NCBI GenBank assembly: GCA_034780895.1 | Contig: JAUZTB010000069.1 | Span: forward strand, 17,699,882-17,763,881 | Length of the DNA: 64,000 bases | Direction of reading: 5' to 3' | Source of the DNA: Rhynchobatus australiae | Taxonomy: Eukaryota | Shown: in pieces, positions 48,401 through 61,389 of the stretch | Layout of the letters: each line of letters begins with the position of its first letter | How positions within the stretch are numbered: the stretch's first letter is position 1 | Made by a program: the position numbers and the translations under genes | The notes under the pieces: generated by a model | Seen by the model: only the letters and a program-made list of their open reading frames with translations | The model's database searches: none | Told to the model about the DNA's origin: nothing

Positions 48401-48923
48401 ACTAGTACTTACCTTGACTGCGGTTGGCAGTAGATTGGCAGCAGTGCTGGCATCAGCTGCCTTGCATCAACCCCTCACGTAACCCGCAGTGCCTGAAACT
48501 CCAACTTGCCCAAGTATCATCCTTGTGGAAAAGGCAATTCATCACCGACACATTCCTTGCTTTACTGCAAACATGCTCCTTTTATAGTCATTCTAGTGCA
48601 TTCTTTGTAAAATACTTAATGCACACACCTCGTTACACTGAAGATAACTCCTTTATTATACCACAAACTACACAAATATCCATGCCTTCTCCCTTTCTAC
48701 TATTAAAAGAAAGATCCTCTGCTGGCAGCCTGGTACCTCTTTTTAATTTCACCTTTCACATGCTTCATCCCTCTCTTTTGGCACTGCTGCTTGAGAAGAA
48801 GGGGTTGATGCAAGATGGCTGATGCCAGCACTCCTGCCAATCCACTGCCAACTGCAGTCATACTGGTCTGGGAAGTGGCAGAGGACTGGCAAATGTTGAC
48901 ATCCTTGTTCAAAAAGGAATGCA
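48339..48923. repeat. Inverted (fold-back) duplication, arms 48339-48475 and 48800-48923
   Basis: TTGGCAGTAGATTGGCAGCAGTGCTGGCATCAGCTGCCTTGCATCAACCCCT pairs with AGGGGTTGATGCAAGATGGCTGATGCCAGCACTCCTGCCAATCCACTGCCAA (47/52 complementary). Confidence 0.9.
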
Positions 48924-50635
48924 AAAACCTGACCGGATAGTGGCTGCATCAGAACCCAATTACTTGTAAGTGCTCCTCCAAGATACATTTCAGACATGTA
49001 TTGTTATTCCTTTATGATTACTGGGTCAAGAGTTTGTAACCTCCTAACTAACAGCACTTGTAGTACATTCATGAAGGTCCTATTCTTCAAGGGTAGCTTG
49101 GAACCAGATATTAGTACCATCCTTGAGTCTCCCATCTTTATGAAGTGCCTGCATACTTTTTCCAATGTTAAAGGTGCTATAAAATTGCATGTTGCCATAA
49201 TATTGGGAATGGTCATCTGAGAAATTGCTAGTATGAGATTACATGTTGCTGGAATCAACATGAAAGATTGCAGGTTTATTAGCTAATGTTCAGCTATGAT
49301 TTTTCCAAGTTTGGGTATCCTCTAAACCTGCCCATGATCTGGTAGCCAGCCAATCAAATTTTTAATTTGACATGCCAGCCTCTTAGAAGACCTACAGAGA
49401 AAGATGTGCTGCTTGTAAATGGGCATCAATTGATCTAGCAGCAAATGGGCAGTGACCCAAATTGAAGGAGTATTTTTGTTGTGATGGAGGAAGAATGCTT
49501 TTTAGAATCAATCTGTGACTCCACTTTGATTTTCTCAAGTATGCTGAGACTCATTGCAAACTTGCTGAACTACACTGGTAGATGTGGGAGGGCCTTTAAT
49601 GTGTGTGTGTATCTTCTTCTGAAATTCAGCTAGCTTTATTTGCCCCAGAGGAAACAAATGAACTAGAAGGTTTCATTTAGCACAGGAAACATATTGATGT
49701 GAAAAATCAAGAGTGTACCTAAAAATCTCCGTGCAGCATGACAAATGAAGGACCTGAAAATGTTAAGAATGAGTTTTGCAAATTAAAAAATAAAATTGTT
49801 TATCCTTCCATTATTTTTCTACCTTGTTTCCTCATGGTTGAAAAGTGTCTTGTATACACTGATCTTTACTAACTCTAATTGAGAGTAAATGATATAGTCT
49901 TAACCTATTTTGCATCCCAACTGCAAGTTGTCAGGATCAAGGTTAATTGGAAGACAGATTCTCTCAATCATGTCACGCAGAAGGAGGCAGTTCAACTCAT
50001 TTTACTTAGAGCTGTCGAACTAGTCGTATTCCACTTTTTTGATTTTTTTTTTCTTTTTTCTATGTACACAGTATTTTATTCTCCTTTTGAATAAACTAGC
50101 ATCATTTCAAATGCAGTGCATGAAATAAGACTTGACTCTCCTTTTGGATCTTGATAATTTTGCGCATTAACTTATAATATTGAAGACACTGCCTATGAGG
50201 TTGAAGCAAATTCAAAATAGATTTTAAAAATCAGTTGGAGTGATACAAAGCAAGAGCCCATTTGGCTCACTGTGCGTATGGCTATGGAAAAAATACTGGG
50301 TGATGTAGTACTGCTGTCAAGCATCACTAGGGAAGAGAAATTGTGCTGTAGTCAGACATGATCCTACCCTTGCTTGATAACTACTATTGGTTATTAAATG
50401 GTGACCTTTAATGAGAACATTAACTGATATTTTTTTCTTTTATTGGTTTAACATTTTGATTGAGAAATGCCCTTCTGTGTGTACTGTGCTCCTTTGATAT
50501 TGTGCTTGTACTGTAAGCACAGGCTGTGTTATTTGTACTGGATTGGTACTTGAACCCACGACATTTTACTCAAGCAAGATGCTAATGAGAGTGCAGGTAG
50601 CAGTTTTCTGTTCTCTCGATAATCATTTGGTATAA

Positions 50636-51405
50636 ACATAGAACAATTCAGCACAATACAGGCCCTTTGGCCCACAATGTAGTGCCGACCTTTAAACCTC
50701 GCCTAAGACTATCTAACCCTTTCCTCCCATATATCCCTCTATTTTAAATTCCTCCATATGCCTATTTAGTAATCTCTTGAATTTGATCAATGTGTCTACC
50801 TCCACCGCCGCCCCAGGCAGTGCATTCCATGCCCCAACTACTTTCTGGGTTAAAAAAAACTTCCTCTGATATCTCCCTTGAACTTCCCCCCCATTACTTT
50901 AAAGCCATGCCCTCTTGTATTGGGCATTGGTGCCCTGGGAAAGAGGCACTGGCTGTCCACTCTATCTATTCCTCTTAATATTTTGTATGCTTCTATTATG
51001 TCTCCTCTCATCCTTCTTCTCTCCAAAGAGTAAAGCCCTAGCTCCCTTAGTCTCTCCTCATAATACATACTCTAAACCAGGCAGCATCCTGGTAAATCTC
51101 CTCTGCACACTTTCTAATGCTTCAACATCCTTCCTATAATGAGGTGACCAGAACTGGACACAGTACTAAGTGTGGTCTAACCAGAGTTTTATAGAGCTGC
51201 ATCATTACATCGCGGCTCTTAAGTTCGATCCCTCGAAAGCTAACACCCCCTGAGCTTTCTTAAATACCCTATCCACTTGTGAGGCAACATTCAGGGATCT
51301 GTGGATATGGATGGACCCCTAGATCCCTCTGCTGCTCCACACTACCAAGAATTCTGCCATTAACTTTGTACTCTGCCTTGGAGTTTGTCCTTCCAAAGTG
51401 TACTC
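50636..51405 (-). mobile_element. Relatively young CR1 LINE 3' fragment
   Basis: ORF 50850-51068 YEERLRELGLYSLERRRMRGDIIEAYKILRGIDRVD...TRGHGFKV; 3' UTR closely matches 28953-29237. Confidence 0.9.
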
Positions 51406-51414
51406 TCTGGATGT

Positions 51415-52110
51415 ACTTATTTGCATTTATATAGCACCTTTTTAATGTAGTAAAAAAAACTTGGTGTTATAAAATAAAATTTGACTGAACCACATTGGAA
51501 CCAGAAGTTTAATCAGAAGAGTTTTAAGGAGCATGTTACAGGATGAGGAAGAGAATTCCAGAAATTAGAGTCTACACAGCTGGAAGTCTGGCCACCAGTT
51601 GGTTGGTAATTCAAATTGGGTGGAGTGTAGAAAACTTTGGTACAGCTTAAGGTAGTTACAAACATTTGGGTGAGGCCATGGTGGGATTTGAAAACACAAA
51701 AATTTTAAAATGGATTTGTTTCCAGATATCTGAAGTTCACAAACACATGGGTAATAGATAAAGGATAGCTTGAGTTGGGGTACATGAAGCAGGGTTTTGC
51801 ATGCCCTTAGGTTGATGGAGGGTAAAAGCAGGTGGGCTAGCCTGAAGTTGTTTTAGAATGGTCAAGATGAAGGTAAGAGAAGCATAGATGAGAATTTCAG
51901 CAGACGGTGAACTGAGGAAAGGATGGAGCAGACGGTGAACTGAGGGAAGGATGGAGCAGACAGTGAACTTTTTGTCGTTGAATGTGGCATCAGGATTGTG
52001 AATGTACTGTTTTAAGCCTCGAGTACAAGGGAAAGGGATGAAATGAGTAAATGTGGAATACAGTTGTGGTAGGGACAGAAGCCAATGGATTTGATCTTCC
52101 CAGTACTTAA
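51415..52110 (-). mobile_element. Decayed L2 LINE 3' fragment
   Basis: Starts TTGCATTTATATAGCACCTTT, the reverse complement of an L2-type 3' end, followed by AGAGAATTCCAGA and GGGATTTGAAAAC blocks. Confidence 0.5.
51899..51969. repeat. 28-bp tandem repeat, ~2.5 copies (GCAGACGGTGAACTGAGGAAAGGATGGA)
   Basis: Directly visible; two single-base differences among the copies. Confidence 0.9.
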
Positions 52111-52299
52111 TTTTACCTAGTGTCTTTCATAGAATAGCATTGGATAATCCCTTGGTTTTGGTTATTCACATTTTCAGTCCTGAAAATTTTCAGTTGAGCA
52201 ACACTGGGTAGAGTTTTAAGTACTTTATACATTTGCATTGTTTTTTTAATCATTGTGTTGCATGGCCCTAAACATACAATGATCTTTCTGGCTCTTCAG

Positions 52300-52400
52300 A
52301 TGACCTTGCAGGAAAGGTGCTTGCATATTTAAGTCTCGTACCAGTATTTATCCTTATTGGTTTCCTCACGCTCATCGTGTTTAAGAGGGAGCTACACTCT
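52300..52400 (+). CDS. DOLPP1: Dolichyldiphosphatase 1, exon 2 ([34 protein letters not shown])
   Basis: CTTCAG acceptor, GTAAGT donor; 101 nt, phase 1 to 0. Confidence 0.96.
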
Positions 52401-53778
52401 GTAAGTATTAGAGATTTTAAAAATATTTTCATATTAATAACTAGGAATGTTTCCTGTAATCATTTGGGGTTGATTTCCCCAAAGCAACTTATGTTTACTT
52501 TTTAATACGGTGCTTAATATTATAAGCGTAATTTTTAATATAATCCCTTAGTAATAAAGATTTGGTAATTTATAAAATAAACTTAATACTACAGTTTTGA
52601 TTTATTCATCAATTTATTTATTATCAGTTCACTTTGCTCCTTGGATCTCAGAATTGTATTGATTGTGTACATGTATTCCACTTTGTTTTGGTACGCGATG
52701 TGTTCTCAAGATCAAATTGATGGGATTTGTTTATGAAAACTCCCATTCCATTGGTGGGTGGCTTTGGAACAGAAGTGGGATAGATCAACTCTCTCTGCCC
52801 TTTAGATGGAATATCTGATGGATCCAAAGATCTGAGGAAAAATGAAAGATACACAGTTCTCTTACCGAAGAGTTGTAGTCAGTGCGTTCAACAATACTCT
52901 TAAGGCCACCAGTCCATCTTGTTCTTCTCTTCCCAAGTAAGCCAAATAGTAATTATCAGTCATTCCCCAGAAATATTGAACTATCTGAACAAACTGAAAA
53001 TTTTCAACAGAAAAATCCCACCCATGAAGCACAATGAAACGTGGAGTGTTCTGTGCAATTAACACTACAGTACTAATTCATGTACGAGTGATTTTATAAC
53101 ATATGAAATTTATCTGTGGAATTCCTACCTACTCGTACTGAAGGCTTGCAACCCCAGCTGTGCATTTTTTAAAAATGCTACGCTGGCATGAGGTTGAGGA
53201 TGTGGTTCAATTTTGTGTTCAAGAAAATGTTCTTAGCACTGGAGTTGAATTAGATGGAGCGAATATTGCGAAACCAAAATGCAGGCAAAATGAATACCTG
53301 GTTGCTTTGCCAGTGCCCAGGGAGAAAATGGCAGCTGATTGAATTTTACTGCTTCCCCATTCAGTCAACTTCTCAGTTACCTTGTTTGTCTCAAATTTCA
53401 ATTGTTGTCCTACATATCAAAGGGATAATATGTGATGTATAATAATGTTTCTAATAATTTCACTTTCTACGGTAAAATATTTTATAGTGATCTCTGTACA
53501 GGTCACAAGTTGCATTGTTAAATTGATTGTTGGATTACTCCCATTTTATCTGCAGATGTTGAAGGGATTTGTAAATGTCTTTCTTCCTTTAGGGTCAATA
53601 GTAATGGATGGTAAGAATTGTAGCAATGAAAGAGTGCAAGTCATCTGCAATCAAACTATAAAAGCACAGGAAATACCATCTTGAATATCAGTAAGGTGTT
53701 GGTTGTTGGAATGGCTTCAAAATATGAACTGAAAACATCAAAAATATTTGTTTTCTAAATTCTGTTGTTTTGTTTCAG

Positions 53779-53863
53779 ATTTCATTCCTCTGTGGTTTGG
53801 TACTAAATGAAGGTTTCAACTGGGTAATTAAGAATGTTATCAAAGAGCCTAGACCTTGTGAAG
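53779..53863 (+). CDS. DOLPP1: Dolichyldiphosphatase 1, exon 3 ([28 protein letters not shown]; PAP2 motif 1 KxxxxxxRP)
   Basis: TTTCAG acceptor, G|GTGAGA donor; 85 nt. Confidence 0.97.
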
Positions 53864-55111
53864 GTGAGACCTATTTATGGCATTATATTTTTCTGTTCCT
53901 TATTTCAGGAGTGAATACTTCGGCACGGCTGTTCAATTCCATTGCCTTTTATCTGATTTATTAATTCTGCAAGCTATTGCAGTCCATATTATTTGAAAAA
54001 TGATTTTTGAAGGGTTTTGTTGATCTGTCACAGTGTTGTACCCCCCCTGATAGTAGGTGTTAGTTAAGTCCTGAAGGTAAAAGTGATACCATGCTCCTAT
54101 ACAGTAGGTGGATTGTAACCATGTTCTTTATGATGATTTCCTTAATAGGTTGAGCTGTTAGTTTGCTAGTGGCAGTTTGAGCAGAAGAGAGTGACACTAA
54201 ATAAAATGTAGATTGAAAGAACTGCTTTTAAACTGTTCCACAACACCTCCCGGAGAAACTGAACTGTCGTTGATATTGAGCAGTTTTACCAGTAATGGAC
54301 AAATAATTTGTATGGTAAAGAATCCCTTCTAGGATTGATTCTGCTGAATCTTTAAAGCATAGCTTGACCATTTGGTTGGTGTCTTTGTCACGTCACTTGT
54401 ACTAAGTTTCTGTACTTATTATAATGTCTAAGTAGAAGCAATTTGAGCAATTGACCGTCATGTAACATAAAGGGAATTTCCATTCCTGACCCTGAATTTG
54501 TAGTGTTGCCAGCAGTTCACTACTTATGGTGAAGTTATCTGTGAAGTGGAATTTTAACGATATCATATTATCCAATTCAATCTTGTAATACAACTGCTCA
54601 TCTTTTCAGAAAAAAGATATGGCTCTAGGTGTCTGCTGTGTTCACAAATTATACTCAGAATGCCATTTTATTTCTTTGCATGGGGTTCTGTAAAATTAAG
54701 GTTAATAAGCTTCAGTCAGACATTTTGTTCAAATATAAAACATTGCAGTATGAAATAACAAAGTGCTGAAAATATTTAGCAGAGTAGGCAGCATTTGTGA
54801 AGAAGAAAATAGAATTAACAATGAAAGGTCATTGATCTGAAATATTAACTGTTTCTCTCTCTCCCACCTATATTGCCTGACCTGATTATTTGCAGCATCT
54901 TCTGTTTTAAAGATTTACTCAAAAGACTAAAAATAGACCTCTATTAGTTCTCCTGCACCCTTTGATCATCGTGATTTTGCGTGGGAGTGTCATTTGACAT
55001 CGTACAAAAGGCCCCTTAATGAAGGGTTGAATCCACCTAGTCCATGTATGTGTCTACCCTTCCACGTGAGAAAGACTGTTATTTCATATTTTGTAAATGT
55101 TTCTTTTGCAG

Positions 55112-55211
55112 GTGGTCATGACAACTTGTTTACAGAATATGGGATGCCCTCCAGTCATTCCCAGTTCATATGGTTCTTTTCCATCTATTCACTTCTATTC
55201 CTTTATTTAAG
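55112..55211 (+). CDS. DOLPP1: Dolichyldiphosphatase 1, exon 4 ([32 protein letters not shown]; PAP2 motif 2 PSSH)
   Basis: TTTTGCAG acceptor, AG|GTGTGT donor; 100 nt, phase 1 to 2. Confidence 0.97.
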
Positions 55212-56666
55212 GTGTGTATATCTCTTTAATACATTTCCTAGTTTGATATACATGTACTTCACTTTCCACAAAGGAAAAACTATAAAAGTGTATAACTTAT
55301 TAAATAGAGTAGATGTTTCCAGTGGGTAGGTCGATCATCAGAAGAAACAATGGTAATTACACGAAAATGAGAATTTCTTTAATGTAGCCATTTATGACTT
55401 GGATTATGAAAAAGTAGTGGAAGCAGATTCAATAGAAGTATCAAGATCAAGTTCAAATCATAATTGGAAGTCAAAAATATTAGCTGTGGAAAAAGTTCAG
55501 AAAATCGGTATTAATTGGTTGTTTTTAAAGAGCCAAATGCCTTCTTTGCTGTAAGATCCAATGTGAAGAGTTTAATCCTGAGCATTATTTTGTTAAATCA
55601 TGATTAGTACAAAGTAGTTCAGTACAGAAGAGTAAGAGTTGGGTTCAATACTGTGAAGAAATTATATAAATGAACACAGTGAAGGAGAAATAAAAGTATA
55701 CTGTGAGTAGATGTTGTGGGATTGGGGGTATGTGAAAACCATAGGTTTCTGTACTGGAGCCAGATGGACTGAATCACTTCCCTAATCAGTGATCTTTGTG
55801 AATGCTAGTTGTTGTTATGTGGTATTGCCTACAAAAAGTGAAGATCAAATGTAGTCTTCAGATGGGATGATGGAGGAGAACTTAATTTCAGTGGGCAGAT
55901 GTACTTTGGATCTCACTGAAAAGTTAAAATTTCATTCTTGTAGCATTCTTTGAGACTTATGGCATGTTAGGAAATGCATTTTGCTTAGAGTGTAAGGGCT
56001 TCATAGTGGTACAAGTTGTGATGCTGAGAAATGCAAAAACTGAGGTGCTGCAGCATTATTAATGGCAAGAGAGTGTAATAGCATGTGAAGCGGGGTCAAT
56101 TTCCATTATAAGTTTAGAACATGAATTAGTAAAGTTGGTGCTGGAAGTTTGTTTATGCATTTTTATATACATTAGTACTAAATGTTTAGAGATCTGATAT
56201 TGAGGTATTTATTAAGTAACGATTTGTCTGCTAGATTTTTGTGATGAGTAGTGTAAATAGGGATTGGTTTCCAGCACCTGCTGAGTTCACTGATTTCAAA
56301 AGTTGCAAAAATTGAAGTCGGCATCACTCAGCTTGAAAGGGAAGGAAGGGAAAGCCAGATTAATTTTGACTGTGTAGTGAACATTATCAAAAGTTGTCTG
56401 GTTGATTGGAGTGAACAGAATTGAGGTTGGCAATTCATGGCAGAATGGTAATTGAAGTCTTGTGCTACTAATTGCCTCGCCTTGCCTGAGGAATGTATTT
56501 GGATGAAGTATTGGAGGGTTGAATCAGCCAGACAAATGTAAATTACTTGAACACCCATATCCACACTGACTCGTACTGATTTGTACTTAGGAGTTTTTAA
56601 AATTCCTGTCCTCATTTCAAATCCATTTGTCTCCATCATGTAACTCCCTCTAGTCTTGCATCCCAA

Positions 56667-58105
56667 GTTCTGTGGGTAGCCACATCTGAGATGCTCCACA
56701 GTCGCTCTTGATTGACCAAGTTAAAGTCTGTCTTGAGGTCAAAAAAGGCCATATAGAATGGCTTATACTGCTCCCTGCATTTCTCTTGGAGATTATGTTT
56801 GGTGAAGGTCATGTCCATATGACTCTTGATGGATGCAATCCAAACTTGGGGATATAGAGTGCAGCTGGGAAGGACATACAGGGAGCTCCCTCTGTGGTTA
56901 CCACAATTCAATTTATTTCCTTTCTTTATATGGTCATGATAATGTCCTCTATGTCTCTGAGATAAGAAATGCAGTTGTAACTGAAGTTCCTCTCTACAAG
57001 TTTTGGAACTTCAGGTGGAATATTGTCTGCTGTTTCAGCCAGCGTGTATTGGCCCTTTTGATTTCTTGTCAATTAGAGGTGGTGGCAAGATTGGACTTGG
57101 GAGCAGAGTCACAGTGGAATTCTTTTGAGGTGGGTGCTAAATGCCTTTCTGTCCTTAATAAGTTCACATGCTCTCTTGGCTCTCAGTCAGTGGGCCCTTC
57201 AGTGTTTTGACAGAGATGCCCTGACAGCACTGAAGAATCCACATGCATCATAGTTATTAGTGAATTGCTGATCTCCTACACTCTTCTCACTCATCACTTG
57301 TTTATNNNNNNNNNNCACAGGATTTCTGTTGGAGGTGGTCCCTTTAGTGTCTGTATACCAGTTTCTTTTTTATTGGGGGTGTGGTGGAGACTCTGGTCCT
57401 GGAATGCCATGAATTTGTGGTTAATTAACTCCTTAATCTCCTGGTCATTTTTGTCAAACCAGTTCTGTTATTTTCAGGTAGAGAAGCTAAGGGTCTCTTC
57501 ACAAACATTAAATATGATGTACTTCAGGGCAGTCCTGTAGTCTGGAGCTCCCATGGTTAGGGCTGTTAGATTGTCTGTGATGTACTGTTTGAGAAAAGCT
57601 ATCTTTGAGGAGGTTCTTGAATCTTTGGATTGATTTTTTTTCTGGTAGTCTTCCTGTTGTTATTGTTTTGAGAGCAGCCCGATGCTGATAGCAGAACAAA
57701 TTAGGCAGTGTTCATTCTAATAGTCATCGATATCTGCCTTGTCTCAAATGATTTGGACATCCTTATGGTGTCTCACTTGGACAATATAATCCACCAGGTG
57801 CCAGTGGCTAGATTGAGGTGTTGCCATGAGGCCTTGTGTTCATTTGTCTTATGAAATAAAGTGTTTATCATGACGAATGTGCTTCAAGCATTTTGCTGGG
57901 AGGACTCTGCTGGAGTTGGCTTTCTCTACTCCATCCATGCCAATCGCGCCTTGTCAGAGAATTGTCTTTTTTTCTAATGTTGCCCAAGAGTATCTAGGAT
58001 GTGGGCTGAGGTGCTTTGTTTTGAAGGTTGGAGGAGAAGTCCTCCTTGTCACATCCATGGCTTTCAGGATTTGTGCATGTGTGCTGATGTTTATAGAGTG
58101 GTCTG
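56667..58105 (-). mobile_element. RTE-clade LINE, 5' portion (endonuclease to early RT), inverted
   Basis: Minus strand gives degenerate HKASWQHPQSSHWHLVDYI (endonuclease), WFDKNDQEIKELI and NLQEKCREQYKPFYMAFFDL...RLWSI (RT). Confidence 0.8.
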
Positions 58106-60350
58106 ATGCAATCTCAATGCAGATTAATGTCAAGCAAGGCTGTGTTGTTGCCCCATCACTTTTCTCACTCCTGATTGCTGCAGTTCTGCATTTAGCCTCC
58201 AACAGGCTTCTTGCTGGAGTGGAGCCAATCTACACCACAAATCCAAACTCTTCAACCTCCTATGTCACCTCCTGTCCAGAACCGAAGGCAACCAAACCTC
58301 CATCATCACGTTGCAGTGCGCAGAAATATTTAATCATTTAGGAAAACTGAATGTGATCAAATCTAATCAATGTGATTTTTATGAAAGATAAATCATATTT
58401 GATGAATTTACTTATTCTTTGAGGGTGTGACAGGAAGAGTTGGTAAACTATATTTAGACTTCCAAAAGATATTTGATAAGGTGCCACATAAGAGACTGAT
58501 GCATAAATTAAGAACCCATAGTATTGGAGGAAGTGTGTTAGCATGGATGGAATACTGAATGTCACATAGAAAATGGAGAATTGGAATAAATGAGTCCTTT
58601 TTTGGGCAGAAAGGATGTAACTGGTGGATAGACCCACTCCAGGGATCCATTCTTGGCTTTCGATTGTATATGATTTATATGGATGATCTGGAGGAGGGAA
58701 CAAAATGTAAGGTTTCCAAATTTACTGATGAAATGAAAATAGGTGGCAGGGCATATTGTGATTTTACAATAGGATATAGAGTGAGTGACTGGATGAAAAC
58801 TTGGCCAATGAAGTTTAATATGGGGAAGTGTGAGATCATGCACACTTCATTATCTCAATGAAGAGAGACTGCAAATGAGTAAAGTTCAGAGGGGTCTAGG
58901 TGTTCTAGTACACGAATTACAGTAAGTTAGCAGGCAGGTCCAACAAGTGGTTAAGAAGACAAGCAGTATACTTGCCTTTATTGCAAAGTGGTTTAAGGTT
59001 AAGAATAGGGAGGTTGTGTTACTGTTGTATACAAGTATTGGTGAGGCCACACCTGGAACGCTGTCTACAGTTTTGTCCCCTGACCTAAAAAAGATATAGC
59101 AGCATTGGAGCAGTCCAAAGGAGATTCTCCCATCTAATTTCTGGGATGACAGGGTTGTCCTTTCAAGAGGAGCTCGACAGTTTGGGTCTGCATTCCTTGA
59201 AGTTTGGGAGAATGGTGAACTTTCTAAAACATGTAGGGTCCTAAGGAGGTTTGACAGGAGGAGATGTGGTGTTTTCACTATGGGAGAGTCTTGAGGAAAG
59301 GCATATGGTTAAAAGTTAAGGGGCTGGTCATTTCAAACTGAATTATGTAGAAGTTAGTATGTGTGGTAAATTTCTGGCATTCTCTGCCCCAGAGGGTGTT
59401 GATGGCTAGATCATTAGAAATATTTAAGATTGAAAGTAGATGGAGGAATTGAAGGCTATGGGGAACTAGCACAGAAATGGAGTTGGAGCGAGCATTTGAT
59501 CAGCCATGATTATATTAAATGGTAGGACAGACTTTGGGGGCTTGATGGCCTCCTCCTGCTCCTATTTTCTTGCCGCCTTGTTCTTGTGACAAAGCACATT
59601 TTCAAAAACCAAGCTTCAAGTTGTCTTAATCACAGAAATATAGCAGAGAAGCCTTGTACTTTATCCACAAAACGAAGATCCTGTTCCAACCACCAGGGAG
59701 TGGAAAAGATTTAAGGATATTCTTGGGGGGAAAAAAATGTAACATCCCCATCAAATTTGTGGGAAACCTGAACCATGACTGCTCAAAATGGAGGAGGGGT
59801 ATTGGGTGGTATAGAGAAGCTTGTGAATACACAAAGGTCCAGAATAAATGGTGGAAGGAGTGCACCATCTCCCAAACCATACCCACCTGTCAAGCTACTG
59901 CTTCTTCTTGGGCAGTCCCTGGGGATCAAGGATATCTTGGTTCTGTTGAGGTCAATATGAGGTGCAGACTCTTTTACAGATAAGGCAGAAGGTGCCTGAT
60001 GAGACAGACGGATGGGTATGTTGTGAAATGATGCATTCCTTCCGTCACTTATGATGGGCTTCTGTGTGCTCCTGGCACATGGACTTGAAGTTGCAGTACC
60101 GTCCTGAAAGCTCCTTCTCTACTTTGAGTGCAGCAGTAGGTCAGAACATTGGAAAAGTACAAATGACGTTGTCTCCAGAAAATTCTCCAGTTTTTCTGGA
60201 AGGATAAGCAAACTAGTATCAGTATCTTCTCCAAGCTAACACCCACAGCATTGAGGCCCTAATTATACTCAATTTGGCTCCCTGGGGCTGACCACGTGAT
60301 TTGCATGCCTGATGCCAGATTTCCAAAATGGATACTTTATTTTGAGCTTT
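58106..60350 (+). mobile_element. RTE-clade LINE, 3' portion (58106-~58325 and ~59586-60350), interrupted by a CR1
   Basis: VKQGCVVAPSLFS at 58129 onward; HKTKILFQP at ~59666; degenerate LEKY..RCLQKILQ..WKDKQT...SIEALI...HVICMPDARFPK at 60150-60330. Confidence 0.75.
58335..59585 (+). mobile_element. CR1 LINE fragment (RT to 3' UTR) nested in the RTE element
   Basis: YLDFQKIFDKVPH, PLQGSILG, KVSKFTDEMKIGG, FNMGKCEIMH; 3' end GGCCTCCTCCTGCTCCTATTTTCTTG. Confidence 0.85.
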
Positions 60351-60833
60351 CTGGGAAGGGATTAGTACTCCTGCTCCATCCTTGTGGTAAAATCTGCAGG
60401 GTCCTCAGAAGCCTCATCAACGAGCTCTCAGGACTGAAATGAGAGGAAGACTACTTCGATCCCATGCAGTTACTTGAGAAGATGATGAGCCTCATTTCCT
60501 CCATTCCTCTTTGAATGTATCCAATTTTCTTTGCTCTAACACTGATAATCTAGTTCTCAGCTATTTGGTCCCTAAGCATAGATTTCTTTACTTTAATTGC
60601 TCTGCCCCTCAATTGTTCTTTCAAGGTTGCTTCTTAAAATCTACCTCTTTGACCTAGATTTTGACATGTCCTAACAGATCCTTATTTTGGTTGATCTCAA
60701 ACTTCTTTTTGGTAATACTCCTGTAGGGCCCTTGAGGTATTTTAAATTTTTTAGATGCAAAAATGTATTATTGAGTCATGAGGTGAAAAATTTCAACATA
60801 TTTGAAAAAAGTCATATTTGATCCTTTCTCTAG

Positions 60834-60932
60834 AATGCACCAAACAAACAATGCTAGATGTTTAGACCTGTTGTGGAGGCACGTTTTATCCATTTGTTTG
60901 CTGACTGTGGCCTTTCTCGTCTCCTATAGTAG
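60834..60932 (+). CDS. DOLPP1: Dolichyldiphosphatase 1, exon 5 ([32 protein letters not shown])
   Basis: CTCTAG acceptor, AG|GTAGGT donor; 99 nt, phase 2 to 2. Confidence 0.97.
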
Positions 60933-61389
60933 GTAGGTAATATCTTGTCTTCTGATAGATTGCATGAGGTGTTGCTTTTATTTACAAGGACAATAGTTGT
61001 ATATCTTACTGTGTGATCTTTAGTATTAAGTAATTAAAGTGCTAAAGCTATAAAGTGTGGTTGTTAAATAAACACTGCCTAGGGCTCACTGATATTTCAA
61101 TTCTTTGGTGACTGCCTGGGAACTGCAGAATTTTGTGCTTCTAGTCAGAAATACCCAACATTAAGGGAATCATTGTCCTTTGTTTAAAAATGTTTCATCT
61201 TTACCTAAGTGTGTATCTGGAGGGTGCTAGATAAAATGCACCAAATTCAATATTTTACATAAGTTTGATTTTCATAAAGCTTTCATATTCTGGTGGTGAC
61301 AAGTATACATTTGTTCTCGTGCACATTTTGCCAGTAATTTCTGGCATGCATTGCATAAACTCTTGTATACATAAATCAGGGGATCTGAA

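Noticed and set aside
51899-51969. 28-bp repeat as a CRISPR-like array
   Set aside because: Head-to-tail copies with no spacers, eukaryotic context, inside a decayed LINE; a simple tandem duplication.
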